DNA of 64,000 nt, taken from the NCBI GenBank assembly GCA_951406725.2, contig OX597828.1, forward strand, positions 682,001-746,000, read 5' to 3'. The notes beneath the pieces were generated by a model. That model did no database searches, was not told where the DNA came from, and saw only the letters and a list, made by a program, of their open reading frames with translations. Below are positions 38,190 through 50,639 of the stretch, one piece after another (the stretch's first letter is position 1; each line of letters opens with the position of its first letter). The stretch comes from Octopus vulgaris (lineage: Eukaryota). The translations under genes were made by a program, and so were the position numbers.

Positions 38190-38285
38190 TACATACATAC
38201 ATACATACATACATACATACATACATACATACATACATACATACATACATACATACATACATACATACATACATACATGCATGCA
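36451..38285. repeat. Two (CATA)n/(CATG)n arrays (36451-37407 and 38041-38285) flanking an RTE fragment
   Basis: Direct reading; source of the CMYV/HTYI ORFs. Confidence 0.95.
37408..38040 (-). mobile_element. 5'-truncated RTE (BovB-like) LINE end with two C2H2 zinc fingers and an (ATGT)n tail
   Basis: YGELAKGERP..PKKMYKD.LK..WE..A.DRSRWR; CNVC..CLSKAGLMSHLRSH; CRAC..CNSAGGLKRHAKVH; stop at 37557; 3' UTR runs into ATGT repeats. Confidence 0.9.
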
Positions 38286-38869
38286 AAAGCAATGCATGTG
38301 TACATATGGCGTTAGCAAGAGGGCAACAACAACTTTGACAGGAAGAGTAGCTTCTCCTGGACCTGCAATAGATACATTACATTCCACCTAGAAGGATATG
38401 CCTTTGCTATCCTGGAGCAGGAGATAAACGTGATAAGCCTGATAAACGAAAGGTATAAAGATACGACAATACCTAAGAAAATGCTTAAGTTACAAAACCG
38501 GATAAACTGCGGTTTTCAGAAACAGAAATCAACCAGCCAAACTCGCACATTACAAATCTATAAGTAGGACTGTAAAACATAGGAGACTGTTCCCAAATTG
38601 AAAATATGACCTTGTCTTTGTTACTCCCTTTCCAGTGATGGAGCTCTGCATCTTTATTAGACACCGGCTCCTTCGTAAGGGGAAGGATTCAAATATTTAA
38701 CAACTGAAGAGAACATACAAATGCATAAACATGTATGTGTGTGTGTGCGTGTGTGTAGTTTAAGTAATCTAAGGAAATGATACAAAACAAAAACCAATAT
38801 AATATAGGTATCGGCCTCTGCCCGGAAATGCCTACTCTCACCACTCCCGTTCGTAGCCTTTATGGATAA

Positions 38870-39700
38870 GACTGACATGTGCAGTCGGGTTGGAAATATA
38901 TCGAGATCAGTCAGGTGGAATTTGTTGAAGATATGGGACTGCTCAACACGTCAGAAGCTGGTTTCCGAATTGCTTCCAAGTACCGCTTGTTTACAAATGA
39001 AAACCAGTGCTACGAATATTGAGATCTACCAAGGAAGCTTGTGCAATGCACCCTATATGTGAGTGGAGTTCCAAAGAAACAGGTGAGGTTAAAGTATCGC
39101 GGGGCCGTTTTCACGAATGATAGAAAGCTGGAAGCTGAATTAAATGCAAGAATTGCTGGAGTTGGTGGTGTATTAATAAGCCAGCTTCATCATTCAGTCA
39201 CCAGAAGAAAGAAAGTAGGTTTAAAAGTCAAACTAGCTCTTTCCATTTCAGTGTTCGTGCCTACCCTTATTTATGGTAAATAAATCTTGGCTAATGACTG
39301 AAAGAATACGATCACGAATACAAGCGGCTGAAATGGGAGTTCTTCCGAAGGATCTTTGGAGTAACGTTACTCGATAGAGTGCGTAGCTCGGAGATTAGAA
39401 AGTCTCTTCAAGTCGAGTTGTTACTTATCCGCATTAAGAGGTCAAACTTTCGATACTACGGACGTGTGATTAAAATGTCTCGGGAAAGAACAACTGGACA
39501 GATTTTACAGGCAAAAACCAACTGGCAGGAGACCGAAGGATAATGAGCAAGATGGTTAGATAACATCCATCGGCTCGGTTGGTCTCGCTTGGGGATCCAT
39601 CCGGATCAACAGTGCAGCGGTTGCTTCAGACAGGAGCCGATGGAAGGGATGATCGATGACTCTGCCTCTACGATTCTCCAGGAAGAAGTGAACAAAGAGA
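38870..39700 (+). pseudogene. Decayed RTE (Rex3/Expander-like) RT C-terminal part
   Basis: KYRGAVFTND..ELNARI..SVFVPTLIYG..MTERIRSRIQAAEMG. Confidence 0.8.
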
Positions 39701-40584
39701 TGAGATTAGAAGTAATCTCAGAAAATTATTGATACGGAGTCCTTCATTATAATCATTTTGTATGCCAGTTTATTTCTGCTTCAGTCCTTGCAGAGCGTTT
39801 GATCATTGTCTAAGCAAAGTAACTCACCTCGTAACTTCCAACCAACCAACCAAGCAATAACATTTGTTCCTCTTAATCCACCGATATTTGAAGTCTGCTA
39901 GCTGGTCAGAATTCCACAAATTTCTTGTTGGCTGTCCTTAGCAAAAATGTGCTTCTAATTTATCTCAGCGAGTGACAGTCAATATCCGAGGTAATTCTTT
40001 ACACATATCCTTCAGACAACGACAAACTACAACCCCTACCCCGTTTTAGTGATTAATCAAACCTCGGCTACTGCTGTAGACGTAAAATTCACTTCCTAAT
40101 TTATCACAATTTATCACAATTTTATTTAACCACAATTTCATGTCAACAGAAACACTTTTGTTCTCTTGATGTTGAATCTGTCTCTTACCTCTTTGGAAGT
40201 TTCCTATCAGAGCTTTTCTGCTAGAGCATGTACAGACAGGTTAACTGTCTTCGAACTCACACCTTATCAAGTGTATTGTAACACAAACGATTAGGTTTTC
40301 TGTTCAGCTCCAGAAAAGTACTTCACACTTGATTAATTGCTGCTACAAAGACACTACAAAGCTCAAGTAAGACATACAATGGCCCGTGACGAAGTCGGTT
40401 CCATAATCACGAGATTACGAATTGAACCCCTTAACGGCATAGACATACGGTATGGCTGTATCCAATGACTGAAACAAATAAAAGAACACTCCCAAGAAAC
40501 GATACTTCCGTTTTAAAAGAATATGTTTATTTTTATTTCAATATTTTTAGAATTTACTCTTTGTTTTTGTCTTTTCCTTACCAG

Positions 40585-40675
40585 ATGGCACAGTGAGATG
40601 CTGGGATGTAGAGTCTGGAAAACTAAGTCAAGCTTACCGCGAACATATTGGATGGGTAACTGATTTCTTATATTG
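40585..40675 (+). CDS. WD40-repeat protein, coding exon 2
   Basis: Long polypyrimidine tract plus ccag|; (D)GTVRCWDVESGKLSQAYREHIGWVTDFLY(W); donor TG|gtaagt; phases 1 to 2. Confidence 0.92.
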
Positions 40676-40829
40676 GTAAGTTTATACTATATTAGTTTTT
40701 TTAAAATACCACCATCTTATGAAGCACCTGGACACATCATCAGTGATAATTTTGGAGGTCATTAACTGTTTCAGGTCTTTTAACATCATACAACCTCAAC
40801 CAGGTAACCAAGCCAATGCTGATAAAATC

Positions 40830-42260
40830 CCAGCTTGTGCCAAATTAGTACTATCCTGGATTATTCTGGCCGTGCCAAGGAGGCAAATCTTTTGTAACAG
40901 TTCTACTGGACACTCTATTTCGATCTCCTTTATATTCCTCTTGATGCTTTTGATACTGTTTCCAAGGACCCAAGAATAATTGGAACTATCTTCACCTTCT
41001 TCTTCATTTTCCATAGCCGGGCTATTTCATACTTAAGAGGGTTGCATCTATCTATCTTTTCGCTTTCCTTCTATTTGTGAGTCAAAGGGGCATGCAACGT
41101 CAACTATATAGCACATGTGGTGCACCTTGTCCACCACCACTAGGTTCGGTCTGTTATGATATAGCACCTGATCTGTTTAGATTGGGAAACCAGGAGGATT
41201 TTGCTAGTCTTCGACTCCCCCAGTCTCTGCGGTTTGTGCTCATACCACGTCTTGCCTCTCTCTAACCCCTACTTTTCGCACAGTTTTCAATGTAGCACTT
41301 TCGCTACCTGGTCGTGTCGCCACAACTTGTAATGTAGGTGTCTAGGCTAATCGTGGCAATCTTATAAATTCCAGTCGTAAAAGTCCACGGTCTCCCTCTT
41401 TTCTTGGCAGATAAAGTCGTTCTATATCTGCCTTAGGGTGGAGCATTCTATGCATTGATAACAATTTTCGTATTTTTCTGTCAAGATTACATATTTCAGT
41501 AATTGACCAGTTAATGATATTGAAACTGTAAGTCACGACCGGTATGGCTAAAGTATTGATCGCTTCGATCCTGATTTTTTGCATTCAACTCTGTCTTGAG
41601 TATTGCCCTTACCCTGCAATAACATTTTCTTCTGACCCCTAGGTATTTGTAGCTCTTCGTTGGTTCTAACTCCTTTATGACATTCTGCTGGTCAAGGTTA
41701 ACGTTAGATGTTTCTGTCATTTTTCCTTTGATAAAGGTAACTTTTTCACATTTATCGAGGCCAAATTGCATCCTGATGTCATCACTGAATTTTTGAATTG
41801 TTGATCATTTTTTTGCAAAGAGCTTTAAATCATCCATGTAAAAGAGATTATTTATATTTTTATCAAACATTTTATAACCATATTATACATCATCGAGCAA
41901 TTTCGAGAGAGATATTAAGGCGAGACACAAGAGGAGTGTTTGAGAATCACCCTGGAAAATGCCACATGAAATTCTTACATCTTCAGCATTAAGAGAGTCC
42001 TTGTCACTGTTCGAAGTCAGTATAGTTGACCATGATCTCATATTTACAGACAAGAAGTTTCGCAGAGTAGGTGCTATTTTATACATTTCCAGACATTTCT
42101 TAATCCAGCTATGTGGTAGACTGTCAAAAGCATTTTTTATAGTCTATCCAGGCTATCGACAAGTTTTTGTGTCGTTTGTGACAATCTTCCAAGATCATCT
42201 TATTGATGAGTAGCTGATCTTTACAACCATAGAACCCACGTTTACATCCTTTTTGCTCAT
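40830..42260 (-). pseudogene. R4/Dong-like (RLE-type) non-LTR retrotransposon fragments
   Basis: GIFQGDS..LLLCLAL, MQFGLDKC, YKYLGV, AINTLAIPVVTYSF, HPKADIERLYLPRKEG.RGL; RLE end LLQKICLLGTARII at about 40850-40950. Confidence 0.85.
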
Positions 42261-42469
42261 TCTGTCAGGAATAGAATTTTTTTAGATCATCTGATTCAGT
42301 TGGGTCAATTTCTGCGTGATGTTCTTCATCTATTTGATTTTCATCTGCCTTAGTGTTTATGGTTGGTTCAGAGAGTATTTAACTTTGCTTATCAGTTACA
42401 TTAACTCCTTCAATCATTACTGCATTTTCCGGACCAAAAAAATATTTTGTGACATATTAGGTCACCGTA

Positions 42470-42910
42470 ATTCATTCAACGGGAAAAAAAAATTCCAGTG
42501 AGTCCTCCCGCCCATTTTTCCCAACAAAAATAAAGAGTTTGCCGTACATTAGGAGGTCAGGGTGCTTGATTCCACGCAAAAAATCCGAGTTATTTTCTTC
42601 TTTAGTGATAATCGTGCGGGTGGAAATACCAAAATTTACCGTAATTCGCTTAGAAAAGATCGATTTTCCACCCTTGAAAGTCCGATACAGAATAGTCACA
42701 CTGATGTCATTTTTTAGATTTAGCGACAGTGTAACTGCTTCTGCATCGCCAAACATGTTGATCTTTTCTATACACATATTCACTGCGACACCGTGAACAT
42801 ATTACAGTAGTGAGCCAGGACACCATGGTTCCGAAAGAATACAATAGCTTTTCCGTCATCCTCAAAACATTCACAGATACAAGTATAATATTTAAATGCA
42901 CAGACAGCAC
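42470..42910 (-). pseudogene. Merlin (ISXO2/IS1016-like) transposase remnant
   Basis: Across frameshifts: KAIVFFRNHGVL, ICSRC...VWRC...QCDYSVS, FGISTRTI, GKNGRE..EFFFPVE. Confidence 0.55.
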
Positions 42911-43449
42911 AAGACATGATTACTCTGTAGTGGACAGCTCTGCAAATGCCGTTTTCTTATTTTTATGATTCTCATCCCTCTCCCCCCCCCCTCTCTCCCT
43001 CCCCTCTCTCGCGCTCTCCTTTCTCTATTTTTTCTCTCATACACACATAATACTGTGGAAAGCAAATGTTTCTTTCTTAAACACGAACATGTAGTTTGTA
43101 AATTAAGAATGTTTCTAAAAGATACAATATTTTATCATCAGAATATATTTTCTCACGCAACAATCAAGATTTATTCATTTTAAATCGCTTCTTTGTAGAG
43201 GGAAAACTTTTTATTCTCTCTCTCCTCCTCCACACAAAAATGAAACCCAATCCGAATTTCAGCGAGAAATATGCAAAGGGAAAGTGATTTTTTTCTAAAA
43301 CACTGCCACCCAGCCTGAAATGTTTAGTCGAACAAATATTTATATTGATAAAATTTAGAAAAAAGTTTGTACTTTGTTGACAGCAAGGTATGTAACAAAT
43401 ACTTTTCTAAAGCAATTTGGTACTGACTCTTGTGTGTGTGTCTACATAT

Positions 43450-43483
<34 letters not shown>

Positions 43484-43511
43484 GCATACACAAACACATT
43501 TTGTAGACTAC

Positions 43512-43762
43512 TGTTACACATTCATATCTATGTGTATACGTGTGTAGAATACATCCCCACTTTGGCACTATTTGTTAGTGAACAGTACGAACTGTGTTTT
43601 TAAAGTAAACAGTATTACTACGCTGTGTCTAAAGATATATAGGTGTCGCTGCGCTGAATGTAGTGCAGTTCGTGTAACAAAGAAAAGTAAATAAACACGT
43701 AAAAGAATAACTATGCTTCGTATTGAGTTGTTTATCCCATTAGAACGAAACTACACATAACA
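43512..43762 (+). repeat. 5' LTR
   Basis: TGTTACAC...CATAACA; 6 differences from the 3' LTR by manual comparison. Confidence 0.97.
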
Positions 43763-43780
43763 TGGTGGAAGCGGTGGGAT
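43763..43780 (+). promoter_or_regulatory. Primer-binding site (tRNA-Leu)
   Basis: TGGTGGAAGCGGTGGGAT, 17/18 match to the complement of the 3' end of metazoan tRNA-Leu(AAG) as recalled (TGGTGGCAGCGGTGGGAT). Confidence 0.8.
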
Positions 43781-43911
43781 AATTAATTGGAAACTGTGCC
43801 TTTACAACAAAACAGAAACACAACGAACCAGAAATTAACAAACAAAACATCGCTTCGTCTTCGGACACACATACACGAGAATCCAAAACGGCGACGGGGG
43901 TCGCCGTACAG

Positions 43912-46900
43912 ATGAATCTACATCCAACCATGAATTGGGACTCCGGTGATATCGTAGAAGCGTTTAAGAAATTCAAACACAAAACTCAACTAGTTTTCAA
44001 AAGTTTCCTGAAAGGCACAACTGAAGAAGAAAAGGTAAGCTATATCCTTTTATGGACGGGCGAAAAAGGTCTAGACCTATTCAACAGCTGGGACATGTCA
44101 GAATCGGATTGCAATAACCCGGACACACTTCTAGAGAAATTTGAAAGGCACCTAGAGCCCAGGTCGAACCATAGAATTCACAGATACAAATTCCAGGGCC
44201 TGAAACAAGACCCACAAGAAACGATTGACAATTTCCTGTCCAGATTAAAGAATGTTGCCGAAAAATGCAAATTCAAAGATAAGGACGAAAGTATTGTTGA
44301 CCAATTAATATGGGGGTGTGCTCATAAAGAAGTTCAGAAATCCCTCATAAGTAAGGACGCTCTCCAGTTGATAAAAGCAGTAGACACTGCAAGAGCATTC
44401 GAAGCCACTACCAAACAAATGGCCTCACTTACCTTACAAACAAGCTCACTAGGCAGCAGTGTAGATATTGTATCTAGGTACAGGACGAAACATACCCGCA
44501 AACAAAGAACATGCCAGTACTGTGGTACAGAGCATGAATTCAATAACCGGAAGAAATGTCCTGCATTCGGTACACACTGCAAAGCACGTGGAAAACCTAA
44601 CCACTGGGGAAAAATGTGTTGACTAAAAAAATCTCAGAATTACAAGCCCCAATTCTCAAAGAGAAGACAAAGAGATATACATGCACAACAACAGGAACAA
44701 AACACCTCAGAGGAGGAATTCTTGGCAGTCGGCACAATAAATGTGCATGAGATGGGAAAGGACGACCAGAAAAAAAATGAGGCATACACGACGATACGAA
44801 TACAAAAGAAGTCTGGCAAGAAAAGAATAAACATTGACTTAAGGCTGAAGATTGACACTGGAGCCCAGAGTGATATCTTGCCTGTCAACCTCTACAAAAA
44901 GATGTTCCCAGAACACATGACACAAGAGGATAAAATCAAAGAAGGAATCCTCACACCAAGTGATGTAATCCTCACTGCGTACGGAGGTACCAGGATTCCA
45001 CAACTAGGTAAAACAACAATTACAGGGACACACAAAGGAAAAATAATCAAGTGTTCTTTTTATGTCACAAGAACAGAGGGACCAGCAATTCTTGGACTCG
45101 ATACCTGCAAAAAGCTAAATATTGTGTCAATCAATGGTGAAGTGAAGGCAACTCCGAGCCGGATTGACAGAGATATGCCTATCAAAGACCGACCACCAAT
45201 CACAAACAAAGAGGAACTGATAAGCATGTACCCTGAATGCTTTGACGATACAGTCGGGTGCTTTGTGAAATGTCGATACCATATAACAGTCGACCCCAGT
45301 ATCAAACCAATTGTTCACCCACCTCGCCACGTCCCTCTAGAACTAAAAGAGAAGCTGAAGACAGAGTTGGACAAAATGGAAAAAAAGAAATAATCACCGA
45401 AGTGACACGACCAACAGACTGGGTAAATTCAATTGTAATCAAGGAAAAACCCAATGGTACCCTACGGATATGCCTCGACCCAAGGGACCTGAACAAGGCA
45501 TTAAAAAGAGAGTACCATCCAATTCCAACCCTTGAAGAAATCACACCATCATTGGCTGGGTCCAAATTATTCAGCAAACTGGATGCCAGTAATGAGTACT
45601 GGAATGTAAAGATAGACGAAGAGTCATCCATGCTCACTACCTTCAGCACACCATTTTGCAGATATCGATTCAACCGACTCCCATTTGGATTGAAGGTGAG
45701 CAAAGATGTTTTCCAGCGCCAAATAGATGAGACCTACCAAGGCTGCAAGGGAGCAACTGGAATAGCAGATGACATCCAAGTGCATGGCAAGGATGAGACC
45801 ACACATGACTTCAATTTACATGAAGCTATGGAGAAAACCCGACAAGCAGGCATCAAACTCAATACAAACAAGTGTGTGGTAAAAGCAAAGGTGTGCAAAT
45901 TCTTTGGAATTATATTCTCTGCAGAGGGAGTTAAACCAGATCCCGCTAAAGTGGAAGCCATCAGTGACATTAAAGATCCTAAAGACAAGAAGGAACTCAG
46001 GAGCTTCCTGGGACTCATCCACTACATGGGAGCCTTCATACCTAAGCTGGCCGATCACACTGCAAATCTCCGAGAACTAAACAGAGATGACGTAGAGTTT
46101 GATTGGTGTGCTTCACACACACAGGATTTCGAAGCAATCAAAAAGCTCATCAGTAAGGAGACAACCCTGCAATACTATGACAGACGCAAACCAGTAACAC
46201 CCCAAGTCGATGCTTCTATGAGAGGAGTTGGCGTAGCACTGATACAGGAAGGTAAACCCATTGCATATGCCTCAAAAGCTCTCTCACCCACAGAGACAAG
46301 GTACGCAAATATTGAAAGGGAATTCCTGGCAGTAGTATATGGATGTGAAAAGTTCCATACATACCTATATGGCAGACATTTCAATATTGAAACAGACCAT
46401 CGCCCGCTAGAACAAATACATAGAAAAAAACTCATGAAAGCACCAGCCAGACTGCAAAGATTACTGTTAAGGCTTCAAACATGCGACTACGATATCAGGT
46501 ACAAGCCAGGAAAAGACCTGATATTGGCGGTTGCTCTGTCCAGACAATCATCACATGATAAACAGTAGATGGAAGGACTAAGCTTAAAGGTCCACCACAT
46601 TGTGAATGTAACAACCACAAAGCTAGCAGAAATCAAAGAGGAGACCAGCAAAGATGAAGAACTCCAGCTCCTTACTCAGATGGTGATTCAGGGGTGGCCA
46701 GAAAAGAGACATCAGGTGCAGCCCCTAATTCGTGAATATTGGGCCATCCATGATGATATATCAGTGGAGAATGGGATCCTGATGGCTGGATCCCGAATAA
46801 TAATACCCAAGTCAATGCAAAAAGAGATTCTTGACAAGATCCACCAAGGGCATCTAGATATGGAGAAATGCAAGCTCCGAGCCAAGTCAGCAGTATATTG

Positions 46901-48008
46901 GGTGGGCATGTACAAAGACATAGAGAAGACAGTTTCTACATGCCACATCTGTCAAAAGTACAGAAACTCACAACAAAAGGAGGAAATGATATCTAGTGAC
47001 ATCCCAAGAAGGCCATGGCAAACTATTAGAGCAGATCTGTTCACAGAGAGCCAAGAATGGTATTTGATTATGGTCTGCTACTACTCCAAATTTCCATTTG
47101 TGAGAAAAGTGAAGGACCTGAGAGCCAAAACAATCACCACAGTGGCTCGAGGACTTCTAGCAGAGTAAGGAATACCGGAGCAGATCATATGTGACAATGG
47201 AACCCAGTTCACATCGCAGGAATTCAAAAAGCTAGCCGATGAGTATGGGTTCAATATTACAACCTCATCTCCACACTACCCCAAAGGTCATGGGTTTATA
47301 GAAAGACAGGTGCAGACAGTGAAGAGAACACTAGTCAAATGCCGAGAGACTAAGGAAGACCCACACCTGGCACTTCTGTTCCTACGAGCGACACCACTGA
47401 GATCTGATATGAAATCCCCAGCAGAATTGCTGAATGGCAGGAAGTACAAAACTACCCTGCCAAGTAAGATCCAACCTCCTATTGACCAGGAAGAGACAAG
47501 GGCAAAGTTAGCAGCCACGCAAGAACAAACACAGAAATATTACAACAAACATGCACAATACTTACCTGAGATACTTGGAGGACAACATGTGCATACTCAA
47601 GATCCCATAACTAAAACATGGATTCCAGCACAGATTGTCAGTAGAGCTGAAACCCCAAGATCGTATATAATAGAAACGGGATCTGGTAGGCAGCTGAGAC
47701 GCAACAGGGCCCACATCCGCCCAACACCAAAGCTGTTGAGGACAAGGTGTACAACACTTGCTGCATCAGTGACAACACCCACAGAATCATCACCCCAACG
47801 GGCACCAACCACCCGTCAGCAGACAACGTGTACAACACCTACAGCATTGGTGACAACACCTACAGAATCATCATCCCAATGGGCACCAACCACCCATCAT
47901 CAGCCCACAACACACCTCAGACACCGGTGCGAAGCACAAGATCCACCAGATGGAGAAAGAACATCCTGCCACCGGTTCGATACCGTTAAAGAAAAAAAAT
48001 ATACATGA
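43912..48008 (+). pseudogene. gag-pol, disrupted by stops (44620, 46566, 47166) and a frameshift (~45385)
   Basis: Gag knuckles CQYCGTEH..CPA..HWGKMC; protease IDTGAQ; RT LRICLDP..LDAS..RLPFGL..IADD; RNase H VDAS..YANIERE; integrase HQGH..CHIC, CDNGTQF, HGFIER. Confidence 0.95.
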
Positions 48009-48322
48009 ACTTTCAAAAACTGCTATGATTAATTTAATTATACTCAATTTGGTTTAAATTTTTTTAGGCAATTGAACTAATGGTATATTTTGAAAAAAAA
48101 AATGTAAATATTTTCTCTTTTTATACATGATAAAGTTTTTTCAAAAAAAAGAAATGAAAAGATAAGTAACTAATTCTGCTAGAATACAAAGCAGAGGCAG
48201 AATAATCTCACGGTTTCTGCTGCAGGATTGCCACCTCTCGTTGACAATCCATTAGAGTAAGGGAGACTACTATAATTGTCTTCACTGCCAAAAGACCCCT
48301 TTTTTCTTTCAAGAAGAAGGGA

Positions 48323-48573
48323 TGTTACACATTCATATCTATGTGTATACATGCGTAGAATACATCCCCACTTTGGCACTATTTGTTAGTGAACAGTACG
48401 AACTGTGTTTTTAAAGTAAACAGTATTACTACGCTGTGTCTAAAGATATATAGGTGTCGCTGCGCTGAATGTAGTGCAGTTCGTGTAACAAGGAAAAGTA
48501 AATAAACACGTAAAAGAATAACTATGCTTCGTATTGAGTTGTCTATCCCATTAGAACAAAATTACACATAACA
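48323..48573 (+). repeat. 3' LTR
   Basis: Copy of 43512-43762. Confidence 0.97.
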
Positions 48574-49237
48574 ACTACAACTCGAGAAAAAATATTTTCA
48601 GCATAAAATACAAATACAATATAAATGTCAACATATTAGGTCATATAGTAACAACTTGTAAATATTTATTTAATAACGAACCATGTAATCCACACATTCG
48701 AAAACGTATTTCTATAAAATGTTGGGGTGGAGTGGATTCCAAGAGTTCCACCCCAACCCCGGTTTTCCGGAAAATATTTTCCAATGATTTCGGGGGGAGG
48801 GGGTGCGATTTCCGCGCCATTTTGGCCGAACAGAAATAAGGGGTTTGCAGTATATTAGGAAGTCGGAGTACTTGATTCCGAGGGTTTTCTTCTTATTCTT
48901 AGTGAAACGCGAGCGAATGCACTTATCAAAATTTACCAAACATTGTGTGTTCTATGTTGTCTGGTTCATGTATGAAATGTACGAGTGCGTGTGTGAAGTA
49001 TATAAACGTCATATTTATATGTATTTGTGCAGAAGTGTGACTGCATATACGATTATTATTTGTACTCACAGTTTGTTTTTTGTTGTTTTTTTTTTTTTGT
49101 TTTTTCTGTAGGGACATCGCATTCTAGCATTTTGTTTCCATTCTTGTATAACTATATCGCATCTTCATGTGTTTAGGTTTTCGCATCCGCGTCTTGCTGC
49201 GGCAGCGTGCCTGGCAGCAACTATGTTCTTATTATTA

Positions 49238-49447
49238 TGGCGAGCTGGCAGAATCGTTAGCACGCCGGGCGAAATGATTAACAGTATTTCGCCCGTCGTT
49301 ACGTTCTGAGTTCAAATTCCGCCAAGGTCGACTTTGCCTTTCATCCTTTCGGGGGTCGATAAATTAAGTACCAGTAAAACACTGGGGTCGATTTGATCGA
49401 CTAGTCTCCTCCCTAAAATTTTATGCCTTGTGCCTATAATAGAAAGG
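49238..49447 (+). mobile_element. SINE with a Meta/MESC-like central domain
   Basis: GGCGAGCTGGCAGAATCGTTAG...GAGTTCAAATTCC...GCCTTTCATCCTTTCGGGGGTCGATAAATTAAGTACCAG; second copy at 61113-61307. Confidence 0.8.
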
Positions 49448-49497
49448 CTTATTGCTATTTTTTTTTACAATGAAATATCATGTTACTTTCCGTTTAG

Positions 49498-49585
49498 GTC
49501 AGAGATGAAACTATTTTTGTCATCATCCAGTGATGGTTTCATCATACTTTGGTCCTCTGGATGTGGAATCACAGATAGAATATTT
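49498..49585 (+). CDS. WD40-repeat protein, coding exon 3 (GC donor)
   Basis: ttactttccgtttag|; (W)SEMKLFLSSSSDGFIILWSSGCGITDRIF; donor TTT|gcaagt; phases 2 to 0. Confidence 0.85.
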
Positions 49586-49634
49586 GCAAGTATATCTTTA
49601 ACTAATTCGATCACGAATATACCAAAATTTAACA

Positions 49635-49636
<2 letters not shown>

Positions 49637-49707
<71 letters not shown>

Positions 49708-49900
49708 ACACACATACATACATACATACATACATACATACATACATACATACATACATACATACATACATACATACATACATACATACATACATACATA
49801 CATACATACATACATACATACATACATACATACATACATACATACATACATACATACATACATACATACATACATACATACATACATACATACATACATA
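49637..49900. repeat. (CA)n then (TACA)n microsatellite
   Basis: Direct reading. Confidence 0.95.
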
Positions 49901-49904
49901 CTCT

Positions 49905-50600
49905 CTTGGACACAAGACCATTACATCACATCACACTTTAACGGCTATGCGTTTGCAATCCAGGAATAGGAACAAAAAACAGTGACACTCTTGTAATCCC
50001 AAGGTGCAGCCGCATGTGGAGGCTATTTCATGCTTCTGTGAAAGACATTACGCATGTGATTAACAGCTCTCCTAATATGTAGTCACGGTATTACATCCCT
50101 AAGTGGCACGATGTTGCTAAAACAATGTACAATGCCATCTACAAAATAGACTGTCCTGAAATAAACTTAGAAAATCCCTCTGTTATGGAATCCATTCATA
50201 AACACCAACTCAAAGAACACTAGTGGAATATTCCCGTCAGAACTTCTGTCAAATGTAAGCATAACAGGCCGGATATTTTGGGACAGAGAGGCAAAGGCAT
50301 GTGCCATCATAGTGGCCAGTTACCCTGAAGATATAAATATCTCTTTGAAAATCAAAGAAAAAGAGGATATCTATGGACAACTGCTTCGAAATCTCCAGCT
50401 TCTATATCGAGACTATGAATTCATATTCATATTCATATCAATAATAATTGGAGCACTAGGCTTTGTTGTTAAATGCCTAAAGGAGAATCTGGATAAACTG
50501 GGATTTTCAGAAAGAGAAATCGACCGGCTAATTCGTACATGACAAATCTGTGAGTGGAACAGTAAAAGTATGCAAGACTTTTCTCAAGTTCCAAATGTGA
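49905..50600 (+). pseudogene. R4/Dong-like retrotransposon 3' end (zinc knuckle plus RLE), decayed
   Basis: FAIQE, CSRMW.., HVIN..RYYIP..HDVAK, CKHNRPDI, IKEKEDIYG..IIIGALG. Confidence 0.75.
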
Positions 50601-50639
50601 ATTTGACTGCGTTAACTTGTATTTTGTTGGTACCCAACC

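Larger units (their letters stand above)
43512..48573 (+). mobile_element. Complete Gypsy (Mag-like) LTR retrotransposon in intron 2 of the WD40 gene
   Basis: 251-bp TG...CA LTRs, TSD ACTAC (43507-43511 / 48574-48578), PBS, PPT AAGAAGAAGGGA (48311-48322), gag-PR-RT-RH-IN order. Confidence 0.97.

Noticed and set aside
38392-38674. Extra WD40 exons (38392-38452 and 38636-38674)
   Set aside because: The first shifts the frame; the second is in frame but would split the QDGTVRCWD blade; exons 1 and 2 already join perfectly
42472-42783. 103-aa ORF as a novel host protein
   Set aside because: Better explained as one frame of a frameshifted Merlin-like transposase relic
48721-48757. 11-bp-arm hairpin GTTGGGGTGGA...TCCACCCCAAC
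   Set aside because: Isolated, with no second copy or element boundary identifiable in this window
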